A DNA stretch of 64,000 bases from Candidatus Hydrogenedentota bacterium (lineage in GTDB: Bacteria > Hydrogenedentota > Hydrogenedentia > Hydrogenedentales > SLHB01). The DNA is taken from contig BTWA01000004.1 of NCBI GenBank assembly GCA_045863295.1, positions 128,001-192,000 of the forward strand. Direction: 5' to 3'. The stretch's first letter is position 1, and the number at the start of each line of letters is the position of its first letter. This document shows, piece after piece, positions 1-9,371 of the stretch. Position numbers and translations under genes: made by a program. The notes under the pieces are model-generated. The model saw nothing but the letters and a program-made list of their open reading frames with translations. It was not told where the DNA came from and made no database searches.

Positions 1-422
1 ATCGCCGCTTCTTCCAGCGACACGCCAGGAGGGGTCAACGCCAAATTCCAAGCGGGCACCCGCACATACTCCGCAAACCCGCCATCGCAACGGGAACCCA
101 GATAGTTGTAATCCGTGCACTGGGCATATTCGCCCACTTCACACAACGTGCATTTCATGCAAGGAATTAATGGAAACACCGCGGCCTGACGGCCAATCAA
201 GGCCCGGTCCACCTCAGGGCCCACGGCCTCTACCACCCCGGCCAGTTCATGACCCGGAATCATGGGGAAATTGTAGGTGCCTTTGACAAAAACCCGGGGA
301 ATATCCGATCCGCACACGCCGCACGCCGCCACACGAAGCACCACTTCGCCCGGCCCGGCATCAGGACGGGGAACGTCTTCGAATCGCAGATCGCCAACGT
401 TATGCAGGACACACGCATGCAT
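1..422 (-). CDS. Zn-dependent alcohol/sugar dehydrogenase (MDR family, GatD/sorbitol-DH-like), runs off the window start
   Basis: Manual translation (absent from the ORF track): MHACVLHNVGDLRFEDVP...CGVCGSD...PGHELAG...PCMKCTLC...QC. These are the catalytic and structural Zn motifs. Confidence 0.9.
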   Translation of the reverse strand, partial: MHACVLHNVGDLRFEDVPRPDAGPGEVVLRVAACGVCGSDIPRVFVKGTYNFPMIPGHELAGVVEAVGPEVDRALIGRQAAVFPLIPCMKCTLCEVGEYAQCTDYNYLGSRCDGGFAEYVRVPAWNLALTPPGVSLEEAA

Positions 423-553
423 GCGAAAAAATCCGGAAATCGTCCCAAGATCCGACAGTACCGGCGGATGATACCACACGCGAATTCCCCCATCACACCC
501 GCCGCCGTGTGACATGCGGCTCTGCGCGTCCCCGGCAGGGCCTATCACAAAGA

Positions 554-589
554 AAGCCCCCGCCGGCTCTTGCCAGCCGGCGGGGGCTT
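554..589 (-). terminator. Rho-independent terminator after the EF-hand protein gene
   Basis: 15-bp stem AAGCCCCCGCCGGCT/AGCCGGCGGGGGCTT with a T-rich tail on the minus strand. Confidence 0.75.
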
Positions 590-606
590 CAGTCTGCGGG
601 AGACGC

Positions 607-1368
607 TTACTCTATCGGGGCGGGTGGGAGGTCTCCCGCAGGCGGAGCTGGAGGCATCGGGCCATCCTGGGCCGGTCCATGACCGGGCCCGCGACCCTGA
701 CCCGGACCAAATCCGGGGCCTTGTCCTCGGCCCGGTCCGCGCCCTTGACCCGGACCTTGACCCAGACCGCGTCCCGGACCCTGCCCTTGGCCGGGCCCTT
801 GCGCATGCATTCTGGGAGGACGATGGGTTTCGTGGAAAGCGATGAACTCTTCTCTGGTAAGAGTTCCGTTCTTGTCGGCATCCATCTCATCGAAGATGAC
901 CGCGGGATCCGGAGGACGATGGCCGCGAGGTCCGTCAAATTCGCCGCCGGGAGGCGGGCCGAACGGCCTTTCCTGACCGTCTTCAAACCGCGGGCCACGA
1001 CGTTCGCCCTGCCGGCCCGGGCCCACATAAATGCCTTTACCCTCTCCACGCGGGCCTTGCGGCGGCATCGCGTTCGGGCCCTGCTCGTCGTTCCATGCCG
1101 GGCCTTGGCCGCCGTATCCGCGCCCACCCGGGGGCGGTCCTTGCCAGTCCGCGCCGTCGGGCTGATGAATTCGCCGCTGGTCGCGCTGCCGCAACGGGCG
1201 CTCCGGAGGCGGGCCTGCCGGTTGATCCGGCGCGGGTTGTTCAATCTGCGCGTCCGGCGGGGGTGCCGGCTGGGCATTGGCGTCGGCCAAGGTCCACGTT
1301 CCCGCCGCTATGGCTGCGGCGGCCGCAACGGCGCCCATCCGCTTTGCGTATGCTTTCCGCTTGCTCAT
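607..1368 (-). CDS. Secreted Pro/Gly/Gln-rich low-complexity protein with a single EF-hand
   Basis: Start MSKRKAY with AGGAGA RBS; Ala-rich signal peptide; DEMDADKNGTLTREEF EF-hand loop; GPGQG-type repeats. Confidence 0.8.
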   Translation of the reverse strand: MSKRKAYAKRMGAVAAAAAIAAGTWTLADANAQPAPPPDAQIEQPAPDQPAGPPPERPLRQRDQRRIHQPDGADWQGPPPGGRGYGGQGPAWNDEQGPNAMPPQGPRGEGKGIYVGPGRQGERRGPRFEDGQERPFGPPPGGEFDGPRGHRPPDPAVIFDEMDADKNGTLTREEFIAFHETHRPPRMHAQGPGQGQGPGRGLGQGPGQGRGPGRGQGPGFGPGQGRGPGHGPAQDGPMPPAPPAGDLPPAPIE

Positions 1369-1462
1369 GTTCGGTCTCCTTGGTTGCACCGGCGTCCGTT
1401 CATCGTCCGCCTTGTCTGCCCATACTGTAGCGCCCCAACATGAACGCCACCGGCACGCTCGC

Positions 1463-1478
1463 ATTACGAAAACGTAAT
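1463..1478. promoter_or_regulatory. ATTAC-N6-GTAAT palindrome (CzcR/HprR/CusR-type response regulator box)
   Basis: ATTAC GAAAAC GTAAT in the divergent intergenic region next to a CusR-like regulator gene. Confidence 0.65.
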
Positions 1479-1523
1479 CCAAATCCCGCGAACGAACCCT
1501 CCCCCCGGTGCTATACTCCCGCC

Positions 1524-2198
1524 ATGAAAGTGCTCCTGGTCGAAGATGAAAAACAGATCGCCGGATTCGTCCGGAAAGGCCTCGAGGAACAGGGGTTTGC
1601 CGTCGAATGGATCGATCACGGCGACAAGGCCTACGCCCTCGCCACTGGCAATTCGTATGACGTGATCGTGCTCGATATCATGCTGCCCGGACGCGACGGG
1701 CTCAGCATCCTGCGCAACTTGCGCAAGCAGAAGAATCCCGTGCCGGTCATTCTCCTCACCGCCCGCACCGAACTCGACGAACGCGTGGAAGGCTTGAATC
1801 TCGGAGCCGATGACTACCTGACCAAGCCCTTCTTCGTCGAAGAACTGATCGCGCGCATTCACGCCCTCGCCCGCCGTTCTGCAGGCGAATCCCTGAGCAT
1901 TCTTCAAGCGGGACCGGTGACCGTCAATCTGCTTACGCGCGACGTCAGCGTTGGCGGCAAGGCGGTTCATCTGACCGCCCGCGAATTCAGCCTGCTCGAA
2001 TACCTCATGCGCTCGCCCGGCCGCGTCTACACGCGCACGCAAATCCTCGAACACGTCTGGGGATTCGACTTCGATCCCAACACCAATCTGGTTGACGTGC
2101 ACATCCAGCGGCTACGCAAAAAAATCGACACGACGGGCAACGACGACCCCATCGAAACGGTACGCGGAGTGGGATACCGGTTCAGGAAACCGGAATGA
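1524..2198 (+). CDS. OmpR-family response regulator (CusR/CzcR-like)
   Basis: MKVLLVEDE...LDIMLP...GADDYLTKPF...TNLVDVHIQRLRKK...TVRGVGY. Confidence 0.95.
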   Translation: MKVLLVEDEKQIAGFVRKGLEEQGFAVEWIDHGDKAYALATGNSYDVIVLDIMLPGRDGLSILRNLRKQKNPVPVILLTARTELDERVEGLNLGADDYLTKPFFVEELIARIHALARRSAGESLSILQAGPVTVNLLTRDVSVGGKAVHLTAREFSLLEYLMRSPGRVYTRTQILEHVWGFDFDPNTNLVDVHIQRLRKKIDTTGNDDPIETVRGVGYRFRKPE

Positions 2199-3961
2199 GC
2201 CCGCGACGATACTTTCCAGGCTCCTTCCGGGTGCGTATCGCCGTGCTTTCCACGCTCCTCTCGGGAATTGTGTTGCTCGCCTTCGGCACGTGGGGTTGGA
2301 GCATCGCCCGGAAAATGAGCACCGACCGGCTTGATGCCACTATCCGGGAACTGGCCAGCGCGCACCTGTCCCGGAGGCAAGCCCCCGACTATTGGCAAAC
2401 CATGGCCGAAACCCTCGCCTTTGCCCTCGGCGGCGGCCGGGACGACAGCATCCTTCTGGCCGTGCGCGATCGGAGCACTCAACTCCTCTACGCCACGCCG
2501 AATTGGCCCGACGGCCTCGATCAAGGAACCCTGCCGCCACCCATTGAAGGCGACGGCCCCCTGCCACCGTTCGGTCAGGAAATGCAGGGACCGCCGATGG
2601 GCCCACCGCAAGGTCCACCTCAAGGTCCGTTTCCGCCGCAACCCCGGGGCGGCCAAAACGGATTTCCACCGTTCCCTGGTCCGAACGGGTTTCAACCAGT
2701 GCCGCCCATTCAGGCCACCGGCCAACCAGCCCCGGTATACAACGCGCCCCAGGACGCCGCCACACCGAACGATGGCGACGGCATCCCTCCAGAGCAGGGA
2801 CGTCGGAACGGACGCGGCCCAGGCATGGGCCCGCGCCAAGGTCAAGGCCAGGGCTTTGGCCCGGGACCCGGTTGGGGCCGAGGTCCCGGTCCGCGAAGGC
2901 CCGGCGATCCCCCGCCGCCTCCCCTGCCTGTCGAAGTGCGGCAGTTTTTCCCCATCGAAACCGGTGGCGAACACTGGCGTGTCGGCGTATTCAGCAATCC
3001 CGAAGTCACCATTGCGCTCGGCCTCAACATGGCCCCCGCCATGGCGGAGGCCACCCGGCTGAGAGATACGTATTTGATCGCCATGCCGTTGGCGCTTCTC
3101 CTGATCGCCGCGGGCGGCTGGGCCGTATCTGGACGCGCGTTGAAACCGGTGAAGACATTGACAGCCGCCGCACAAGGCATTACCGCCCAAGGGCTGGACC
3201 AGCGCATTCCCGCCGAGCGGACAGATGCCGAATTCGAGACGCTGATCCAGGTCTTCAATGAAATGATGCAAAGGCTGGACCGCAGCTTTCAGCAGGCCAC
3301 AAGATTCAGCGCCGACGCCGCCCATGAATTGAAAACGCCTCTGACAATCCTCCAAGGCCATTTGGAAAACGCCTTGGGCAACGCCGAAGCCGGATCAAAA
3401 CAACAGCAAACCTACAGCCTCCTGCTGGAGGAAGTGCAGCGCCTTAAATCGATCATCCGCAAGTTACTGCTGCTATCCCTCGCCGATGCGGGCCAATTGC
3501 GCGTCCATGCGCAACCCGTGGATATGAGCGACTTGCTGGAAGGCGTGTGCGACGACATCGAAATCATGGCCCCAAAACTGTCGCTGCAAAAAACCATCCC
3601 CACGGGAATCACCATCTCGGGCGACGCCGAGTTGATTCGCCAAGTCGTGCAAAACCTGATGAGCAACGCCGTGAAATACAACCGTAAACACGGCAAGATC
3701 GGCGTCAAGCTGGAATCCAACGGCACCCACACCATGTTATCCGTCGCCAACACCGGCCCCGGCATCGCCGAAGAAGACCGCCCCCACATCTTCGACCGCT
3801 TCTACCGCGGCGACAAAGCACGTACCCGCCGCGTCGGCGCCGGACTCGGCCTAAGCCTCGCCCGCGAAATCGCCCGCGCCCACAATGGCGACCTGTTATT
3901 AATTGAATCCAAGGAAGACCGCACCGTATTCCAACTCACCCTGCCGACGTCACAAGGCTGA
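2195..3961 (+). CDS. Sensor histidine kinase (CusS/CzcS-like) with a Pro/Gly-rich periplasmic insert
   Basis: Two TM segments, HAMP, FSADAAHELKTPL H-box, NAVKY, NTGPGI, FDRFYR, GLGL; ATGA overlap with the regulator gene. Confidence 0.95.
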   Translation: MSPRRYFPGSFRVRIAVLSTLLSGIVLLAFGTWGWSIARKMSTDRLDATIRELASAHLSRRQAPDYWQTMAETLAFALGGGRDDSILLAVRDRSTQLLYATPNWPDGLDQGTLPPPIEGDGPLPPFGQEMQGPPMGPPQGPPQGPFPPQPRGGQNGFPPFPGPNGFQPVPPIQATGQPAPVYNAPQDAATPNDGDGIPPEQGRRNGRGPGMGPRQGQGQGFGPGPGWGRGPGPRRPGDPPPPPLPVEVRQFFPIETGGEHWRVGVFSNPEVTIALGLNMAPAMAEATRLRDTYLIAMPLALLLIAAGGWAVSGRALKPVKTLTAAAQGITAQGLDQRIPAERTDAEFETLIQVFNEMMQRLDRSFQQATRFSADAAHELKTPLTILQGHLENALGNAEAGSKQQQTYSLLLEEVQRLKSIIRKLLLLSLADAGQLRVHAQPVDMSDLLEGVCDDIEIMAPKLSLQKTIPTGITISGDAELIRQVVQNLMSNAVKYNRKHGKIGVKLESNGTHTMLSVANTGPGIAEEDRPHIFDRFYRGDKARTRRVGAGLGLSLAREIARAHNGDLLLIESKEDRTVFQLTLPTSQG

Positions 3962-4000
3962 GACTGAAAACAACACGTTTCCCTCGTCCCAAATTGAATT

Positions 4001-4154
4001 GTAGACGCGACATCCTGTCGCGTTCCCAGGCATACGGCACAACAATCCCCTTAAACCGCGCACCATCAGCCACGCAAACACATCCCCAACAGAAAATCAT
4101 CTGTCTTGCAACCAATTGAATAGGCGTGCGAAAGCGACAAGATATCGCTTCTAC
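4001..4154. repeat. Inverted pair of GTAG-type REP-like palindromes
   Basis: GTAGACGCGACATCCTGTCGCGT (4001-4023) and inverted AAAGCGACAAGATATCGCTTCTAC (4131-4154); related copy at 15462. Confidence 0.7.
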
Positions 4155-4166
4155 TTCGGGATTTTT

Positions 4167-4322
4167 CTCGTTCCCAAATTTCCATTTGGGAACGCACTCC
4201 CGAAAAGCTCAGCTTTGAAAGAATTCACAAACCACCCCCACCTTGGATCACAGGCACCTTGTAAAGCGCGTGCAAAGCGGAGTCTTGCACGGCCCGTTCC
4301 CAAATGGAAATTTGGGAACGAG
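4167..4322. repeat. REPIN/MITE-like element with perfect 28-bp terminal inverted repeats
   Basis: CTCGTTCCCAAATTTCCATTTGGGAACG (4167-4194) is the exact reverse complement of 4295-4322; each arm is itself a hairpin. Confidence 0.75.
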
Positions 4323-5076
4323 GAGACAAATTGCCCGTCGGCGACCCCGGCTATTTTGGCAAGACCTGTATACCTTTATGCGCAGGATGTTGCAGTCGGA
4401 TGGAGTGAAGTCCTCGGATTGTAACGAGGGTGTTCAAAAATGTGCAGGTTGAAGGGCCTGCTTCGACTCCCTTCCCGTCGTGTGGTTCGCGTGTAGCACC
4501 GCACGCCTTCGACAAGGTCGAACGGTAATCCCCTCAAGGCCTCGCGCCTCGCGCCGGCGCGAGGGGGGTGAACAAACTATCTTTTGACGATACAAGGGGG
4601 GGTGTACGGGTCAGAATCTTCGTAACTCCTGATTTCATGGTCACGCACGGTATGACACCACCTTGCAGAGGTGTGTGGGTCGCAGGGGTGTACGCCGAAA
4701 CCTTGGCAAGGGCATAAATGCACTTGCTGAAAATGGCCGCCGCCGAAGAGGTCAAACTCGAACCTCATCGAGCCCAAGGCCTCCAGCCTCGTACCTATCC
4801 GGAAGCGGCGGATTATTCACACGGGACGGCTTGCGAGACACAGGGGTACTCGCACGGAATTCCGTCCTAACCATATGCACAGGTTGTTGCACTCGAATGA
4901 CTAATGTGAGGGATGGGAATTCAGGGTTCCGGCCCGAGCGACGCATGAGTATAGAATTGTCGGGGCAATTCATTCCGAAGAGGAGACCATTCTGGTCAAC
5001 GGGCGTGGCATGGTCGGAATCCATGCCACAACAGAGAAACCTAGTCACAAAAAGGAATGTCATCACTGCGCAATCT

Positions 5077-6498
5077 TTATCCTGGAACCGCAGGCACGAC
5101 TGTTACGATACTCAATCCAAGGGTCTGCAATTTCGCATCAAGTTTGTCGACAATTTCATCGACCATCCTCTGTGAGCCGTAGAAGGCGAAAACAAATGGC
5201 TTTGCCGAACCGTCAGGGAAAGTAATGCGCCAGTCGCTAGTAGTTGTTCTCTGTGACACCGTAATCGGCTCAGTCAAATTCCGAAAATCTATGGAATAAG
5301 CATCGCCCATATCCACCATTTGAAATTCGATGCCCACTTCGGTAACCTGCACATCGACCACTTTTCGCTTCACCCAACCACCAGCATCAGGAACAAGCGC
5401 ATTGGCATCCCGCACCAAAGTATTCAAGAGTTCTTCTTCCAGTTGCACATCGACAGACTCACTCGTCACACCAGAACTGGATGCGCCAAATCTTGCCCTT
5501 AGTTCTTGCGCACTCTCGATGAAATTATTTAGCGCTTCCGTAAATGACAAGATCCCCATTACAACGATAAACGCAATAACTATGTAGACTACAATTCGAT
5601 ACTTGAATAGCCTACGCTTAGCCCTTTCAAGTTCATTAGGCGACTCGGCAGTGTCTCTATTGATCGCAGAAGGTACATTCGATCCATCTACGGCTTTACG
5701 GGACTCTAATGCCATCAAGGAGACCTCAGATGCGAATTGCTCTTCCGTTAACTTTTCCAAATCCGGAAGCAACTCCTTCATCAATGCGACAGCGGGCATT
5801 GGAACATTCTGCCGCGCAAGAATATTATCAATAACGCTAACTTTGTCAATTATCTCTGTTCTTGTCACATTGTTTGCAGAATTCATTAGTGCCATCAGGT
5901 CGGTGACATGCGTAGAAAAACTTGCAGTAAACCCCGGATGCTGATCACAGTAATGCTGAAGCGAACGCACATGCGAATAGAGCCGGCTGAGTACTGACGT
6001 GCCGCAAGAAGCAGTTCTACTTGAATTACTAGATCCTATAATACTCGTGAGCTCAAGAAGCTTCTCAATTGCTTCTTCACACACTTTTTGAGCTTCACTA
6101 GGTGACAAAGGCGTATCATCAGAGTGTCGCTCCTCTTGGTAGGCAATAAACGTCCCCTCATCATGGATAATCTCTGGCGCGCTCACTTGGTATCGGCGCA
6201 GTCTTAGGCCAGAAAGTATAGTTCGAACCAGCACTCTCGCATGCTTTCGATCCGAATCAGTAAGAAGCGCCGATTGAGTCGACAGAGATAAGAATTCTTC
6301 AAAGACGCTATGGACTTCTTTGGTCAGCGCCTCCGCTTCCTCCTTCAGTTGACTCGAGAGCTTTGACCAGTACGGGTCTGGAACGCCAAAGCTTATGAGG
6401 TAAGGGGCCTCCTTAGGAAGCTCTTCCAAGCACTTAACAAAGTAGCTGCTAGTTTTTTCACCAATACCTTTAACGCGAATCTCTAAAGTATTTTCCAT
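5077..6498 (-). CDS. Hypothetical single-TM membrane protein in an AT-rich island
   Basis: 473-aa ORF (MENTLEI, AGGA RBS); TM IVVYIVIAFIVVMGILSF; low GC (23/60 G+C at 5581-5640). Confidence 0.75.
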   Translation of the reverse strand: MENTLEIRVKGIGEKTSSYFVKCLEELPKEAPYLISFGVPDPYWSKLSSQLKEEAEALTKEVHSVFEEFLSLSTQSALLTDSDRKHARVLVRTILSGLRLRRYQVSAPEIIHDEGTFIAYQEERHSDDTPLSPSEAQKVCEEAIEKLLELTSIIGSSNSSRTASCGTSVLSRLYSHVRSLQHYCDQHPGFTASFSTHVTDLMALMNSANNVTRTEIIDKVSVIDNILARQNVPMPAVALMKELLPDLEKLTEEQFASEVSLMALESRKAVDGSNVPSAINRDTAESPNELERAKRRLFKYRIVVYIVIAFIVVMGILSFTEALNNFIESAQELRARFGASSSGVTSESVDVQLEEELLNTLVRDANALVPDAGGWVKRKVVDVQVTEVGIEFQMVDMGDAYSIDFRNLTEPITVSQRTTTSDWRITFPDGSAKPFVFAFYGSQRMVDEIVDKLDAKLQTLGLSIVTVVPAVPG

Positions 6499-6716
6499 AG
6501 ACTTTCCTGGCACGGGCAAATACCGTTGCTCTTAATTGCCGACGGTTTCCGGATACTGGCACGCCGCGCGACCGCAATAGCCACTTTTCCCAGTCTCAAG
6601 TTCATACCAACCCCGTCAGCAACAACGGTTAAGATTTCCTAAAAGAGTTTCTTGTTAAATTGTGTCCGCGGGCGAATATCAAGTGCTTGGGCAATTGCAC
6701 TTTCCGTTGTTACCAC
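6483..6716 (-). pseudogene. Possible degraded PP2C-family phosphatase N-terminal fragment
   Basis: AGGAGG RBS, GTG start, in-frame TAG at 6639-6641, then ILTVVADGVG...GKVAIAVA resembling the PP2C VADGMGG motif. Confidence 0.3.
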
Positions 6717-6990
6717 AATGTCCCTCCTAGTGAGGCGCAGACTTGGCCTCATTCCGCGAAGAATTATATAATAGACATAGGACGGTCCGGAAGTCATGCG
6801 AGCCACTGCACAGATGGACGTTTTGCCGAAACGTCCATCCGTATTCATTCTGGGCCACACCGGCTTCCAAGAGAACCATCCCAAAGACCGCTTATCCGCA
6901 GGCCTCCGCGCAAGTTCACAACATTCCAATACGAGGTTTGCTTCTCCGTCCCCGGCGGTTTTGGCAAAACCGCCCTACCTTCTTTCGCTG

Positions 6991-8562
6991 TCACCACGCA
7001 TACACCGTCACATCCTCCGTCGACGCCTCGTCCACCTTTGTCATATTCTCCTCCACCCATCGCACATCGTCCTGGAAAAACGGCCATTGGTGAAAGCGGC
7101 GGTAGTCGGCGAGAAAGTAACCCTTGGGATGTTCATTCATAAACGCTTTCAAGTCGTCGATGGTTTTTAGCCCTTCCATGCCGGAGTCGAGGATTTCCCA
7201 GACCATGACGCGGCTCGGAAACCAATTGTCGACGCGGCCCGTGTAGTAGTGGACGGGAAGATACGCGGTGGCGATGACCGCGGCGCCGTCCATGCGTTCC
7301 TTCACCCACAAACTGGGTTCGCGCCATTGGGGGTGTTGTTTGGCGAGGGTGGTGTGGGATCCGGAAGCGGTGGCGAACGTGGCGGTCGCAAGTTTGCCCG
7401 TGGACACGGCCAGACGCGCGCCAAACAGGGCGATGACAGCGGCGGCGGCAACGCGCCAGGCGCGGTGCAGCGGCGGAACCGCGGCGGGGCGGGCGACCGC
7501 GCGCGCCGTGTCCGCCACGAAGCGGGCAAGTTGGACGAGGCCATGGGCGCACGCGCCGACGTAGAGCGGATAGCAGTAGAACATGAACCGGTGCTGTTTA
7601 TAGCCCAGGAGAAGCGTCAGCGCGGCGACGGGCAACACGAAATGCACCATCCAATACAGTCCTCGCTTTTTTTCGCACGCGCACATCCACACAAAGCCGG
7701 CGGCGGCGGCGATCAGGTATCCCAGGCTCAGATTGTTCGAGAGAAAACGCGGGTAATAGAACAAGTCGGATCGGTCGCGGTCGATCATCTGCGAAGCGGT
7801 TTGTCCGCCAATGCCGCCTTCCTTGAAAACTACGTCCTTTTCGGCCTGCGGCAGCGCCGCCACGTACACAACAAGCGTAATCGCCACGGCCACGGCCGCA
7901 ACAAGGGCTGCAACGCCGTAACGTGACCTGAGAGAACGCGTGAACAATGCCATGACCGCGGCATACGCGCCGACGGGGCCGAGGAAGAGGATGGTCTGAA
8001 TGGTGGTCAGGCCGCCGAACAGGTAGGCCGCGCCGGTGGCCGCGCCCCAGCGAACGGCCTGCGTCCGATCGGTTGCCTCGACGGTCTTCCACGCGGCGGC
8101 AAAGAACAGCAGAAACAAGGTCTGGTGGAGCATATAGAAATTGGTTTCGCGTGCCCAGGCCGTTTGCCACGGCGAGACGCAAAGCAATACGACCGCGATT
8201 ACGGCGGTGGGCCGGCCCAGGAATTGGCGCGCAATAAAATACAACAACCCCAAATTAACGGCGGCCATCAGGACGGAAGGCGCCCGAATCACGGCCTCAC
8301 TTCGGCCGAAAAGCGCCACCACGGGAGCCAACAGATAGTGATAAGGCAGCCCGGCGGTGTACAAGTAGCCGCTGGGAAGATACGGCAGGCCGGTGGTAAG
8401 GATGCTTTCGGTAGCATAAAGATGAATCGCTTCGTCGTGCCAGATGCTGGGCGCACCCAGGTTGGCGAAGCCAAGAGCGAGCGACACGAGAATCGCGGCT
8501 GAAAGAAAGCCGAATTCCCATCTCGCAACCGGGGACAAAGTTGCGGCCGGTGCGATTGTCAC
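6991..8562 (-). CDS. ArnT/PMT-like (GT39/GT83, GT-C fold) membrane glycosyltransferase
   Basis: LGAPSIWHDEAIH motif, FGRSEAVIRAPS, many TM helices; GTGA overlap with the upstream methyltransferase stop. Confidence 0.85.
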   Translation of the reverse strand: MTIAPAATLSPVARWEFGFLSAAILVSLALGFANLGAPSIWHDEAIHLYATESILTTGLPYLPSGYLYTAGLPYHYLLAPVVALFGRSEAVIRAPSVLMAAVNLGLLYFIARQFLGRPTAVIAVVLLCVSPWQTAWARETNFYMLHQTLFLLFFAAAWKTVEATDRTQAVRWGAATGAAYLFGGLTTIQTILFLGPVGAYAAVMALFTRSLRSRYGVAALVAAVAVAITLVVYVAALPQAEKDVVFKEGGIGGQTASQMIDRDRSDLFYYPRFLSNNLSLGYLIAAAAGFVWMCACEKKRGLYWMVHFVLPVAALTLLLGYKQHRFMFYCYPLYVGACAHGLVQLARFVADTARAVARPAAVPPLHRAWRVAAAAVIALFGARLAVSTGKLATATFATASGSHTTLAKQHPQWREPSLWVKERMDGAAVIATAYLPVHYYTGRVDNWFPSRVMVWEILDSGMEGLKTIDDLKAFMNEHPKGYFLADYRRFHQWPFFQDDVRWVEENMTKVDEASTEDVTVYAW

Positions 8563-9371
8563 GGCGCTTTTTCGATTTCCATGGACACCATGCTCCCTTT
8601 CATGAACGGCAGAACAATGTCCTCCACTTTGCACGCGGCAAGCCACGGAAGCAAGGCTATCTCGCGCAACAGGAAGAATAGCGGGCCGGACGGCATCCGC
8701 GCCGTGCCCGTGTTGCGAGGGTCTTCCACGGGATTGGCCTGCACGCCCAACGACCGGGCCATGAGATACTGCAGGTCGCACCCGTTGCTTTCAAAAAAGC
8801 GGCCCTGGTAAGTGGCGCGCGCCACACGCATGGACGAAGGAAGCATGGCGACGATGTCCCGCTCACTGTAACCGGTAACCTTGTGATCGTGCGGATCGAG
8901 TTCGAACCCCAGTCTGGGTAACAGGCGCATGCCGTGATACGGGGTGGGACACGCGATGCGGGCCATCCCGCCGGGTTTCAATACGCGATCAATTTCGCGC
9001 AACAGCATCGCTGGCTCGTCGAGATGTTCGATCACGTGCGACGCGAAGACGACGTCAAACGAGGCATCCCGAAACGGCAGCGCGAGACCATCCGCCATCA
9101 GCGTCTCTACGGTTGCGGCGTGTCCCATTTGGCGCGCCGTTTTTTGTGTGAGCCGCAGGCTGTGCGGAGACAAATCTGCCGCGATCGCGCGGTAGCCGCA
9201 TTCCGCGGCGAGGAGGCTATTCGATCCGGGACCGCACCCGATGTCGAGCAGGGAGACTGCGCCATGCGCGTTCCTGCGCCGCAGGAATTCGCGAACGGGC
9301 CCCACGCCCATGCGCGCGCCGAGATGCCAATACGGCGGGTAGTGCGTGGGGAATCGATAAGCCGTGAACAT
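8559..9371 (-). CDS. Class I SAM-dependent methyltransferase
   Basis: LLDIGCGPG, LPFRDASFDVV, HVIEHL, RVLKPGG; start chosen at MFTAY. Confidence 0.9.
   Translation of the reverse strand: MFTAYRFPTHYPPYWHLGARMGVGPVREFLRRRNAHGAVSLLDIGCGPGSNSLLAAECGYRAIAADLSPHSLRLTQKTARQMGHAATVETLMADGLALPFRDASFDVVFASHVIEHLDEPAMLLREIDRVLKPGGMARIACPTPYHGMRLLPRLGFELDPHDHKVTGYSERDIVAMLPSSMRVARATYQGRFFESNGCDLQYLMARSLGVQANPVEDPRNTGTARMPSGPLFFLLREIALLPWLAACKVEDIVLPFMKGSMVSMEIEKAP

Noticed and set aside
660..800. Tandem GGNCCN/GACCC repeats that superficially resemble an array
   Set aside because: They encode the GPGQG repeats of the protein; there are no unique spacers, so this is not CRISPR.
514..1443. 309-aa + strand ORF, and similar long ORFs antisense to real genes (e.g. 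2027-3361, 9818-10801, 36022-37113, 38556-39941, 60173-61411)
   Set aside because: Shadow ORFs of GC-rich coding genes with no recognisable motifs.
4534..5066. Short ORFs (66-170 aa) in the AT-rich island
   Set aside because: No motifs, weak initiation signals and mutual overlap; none can be supported.
6639..6641. Amber recoding suggested by in-frame TAGs here and at 51407
   Set aside because: Well-supported genes in the window (e.g. def, flgN) terminate at TAG, so pseudogenisation is the simpler explanation.
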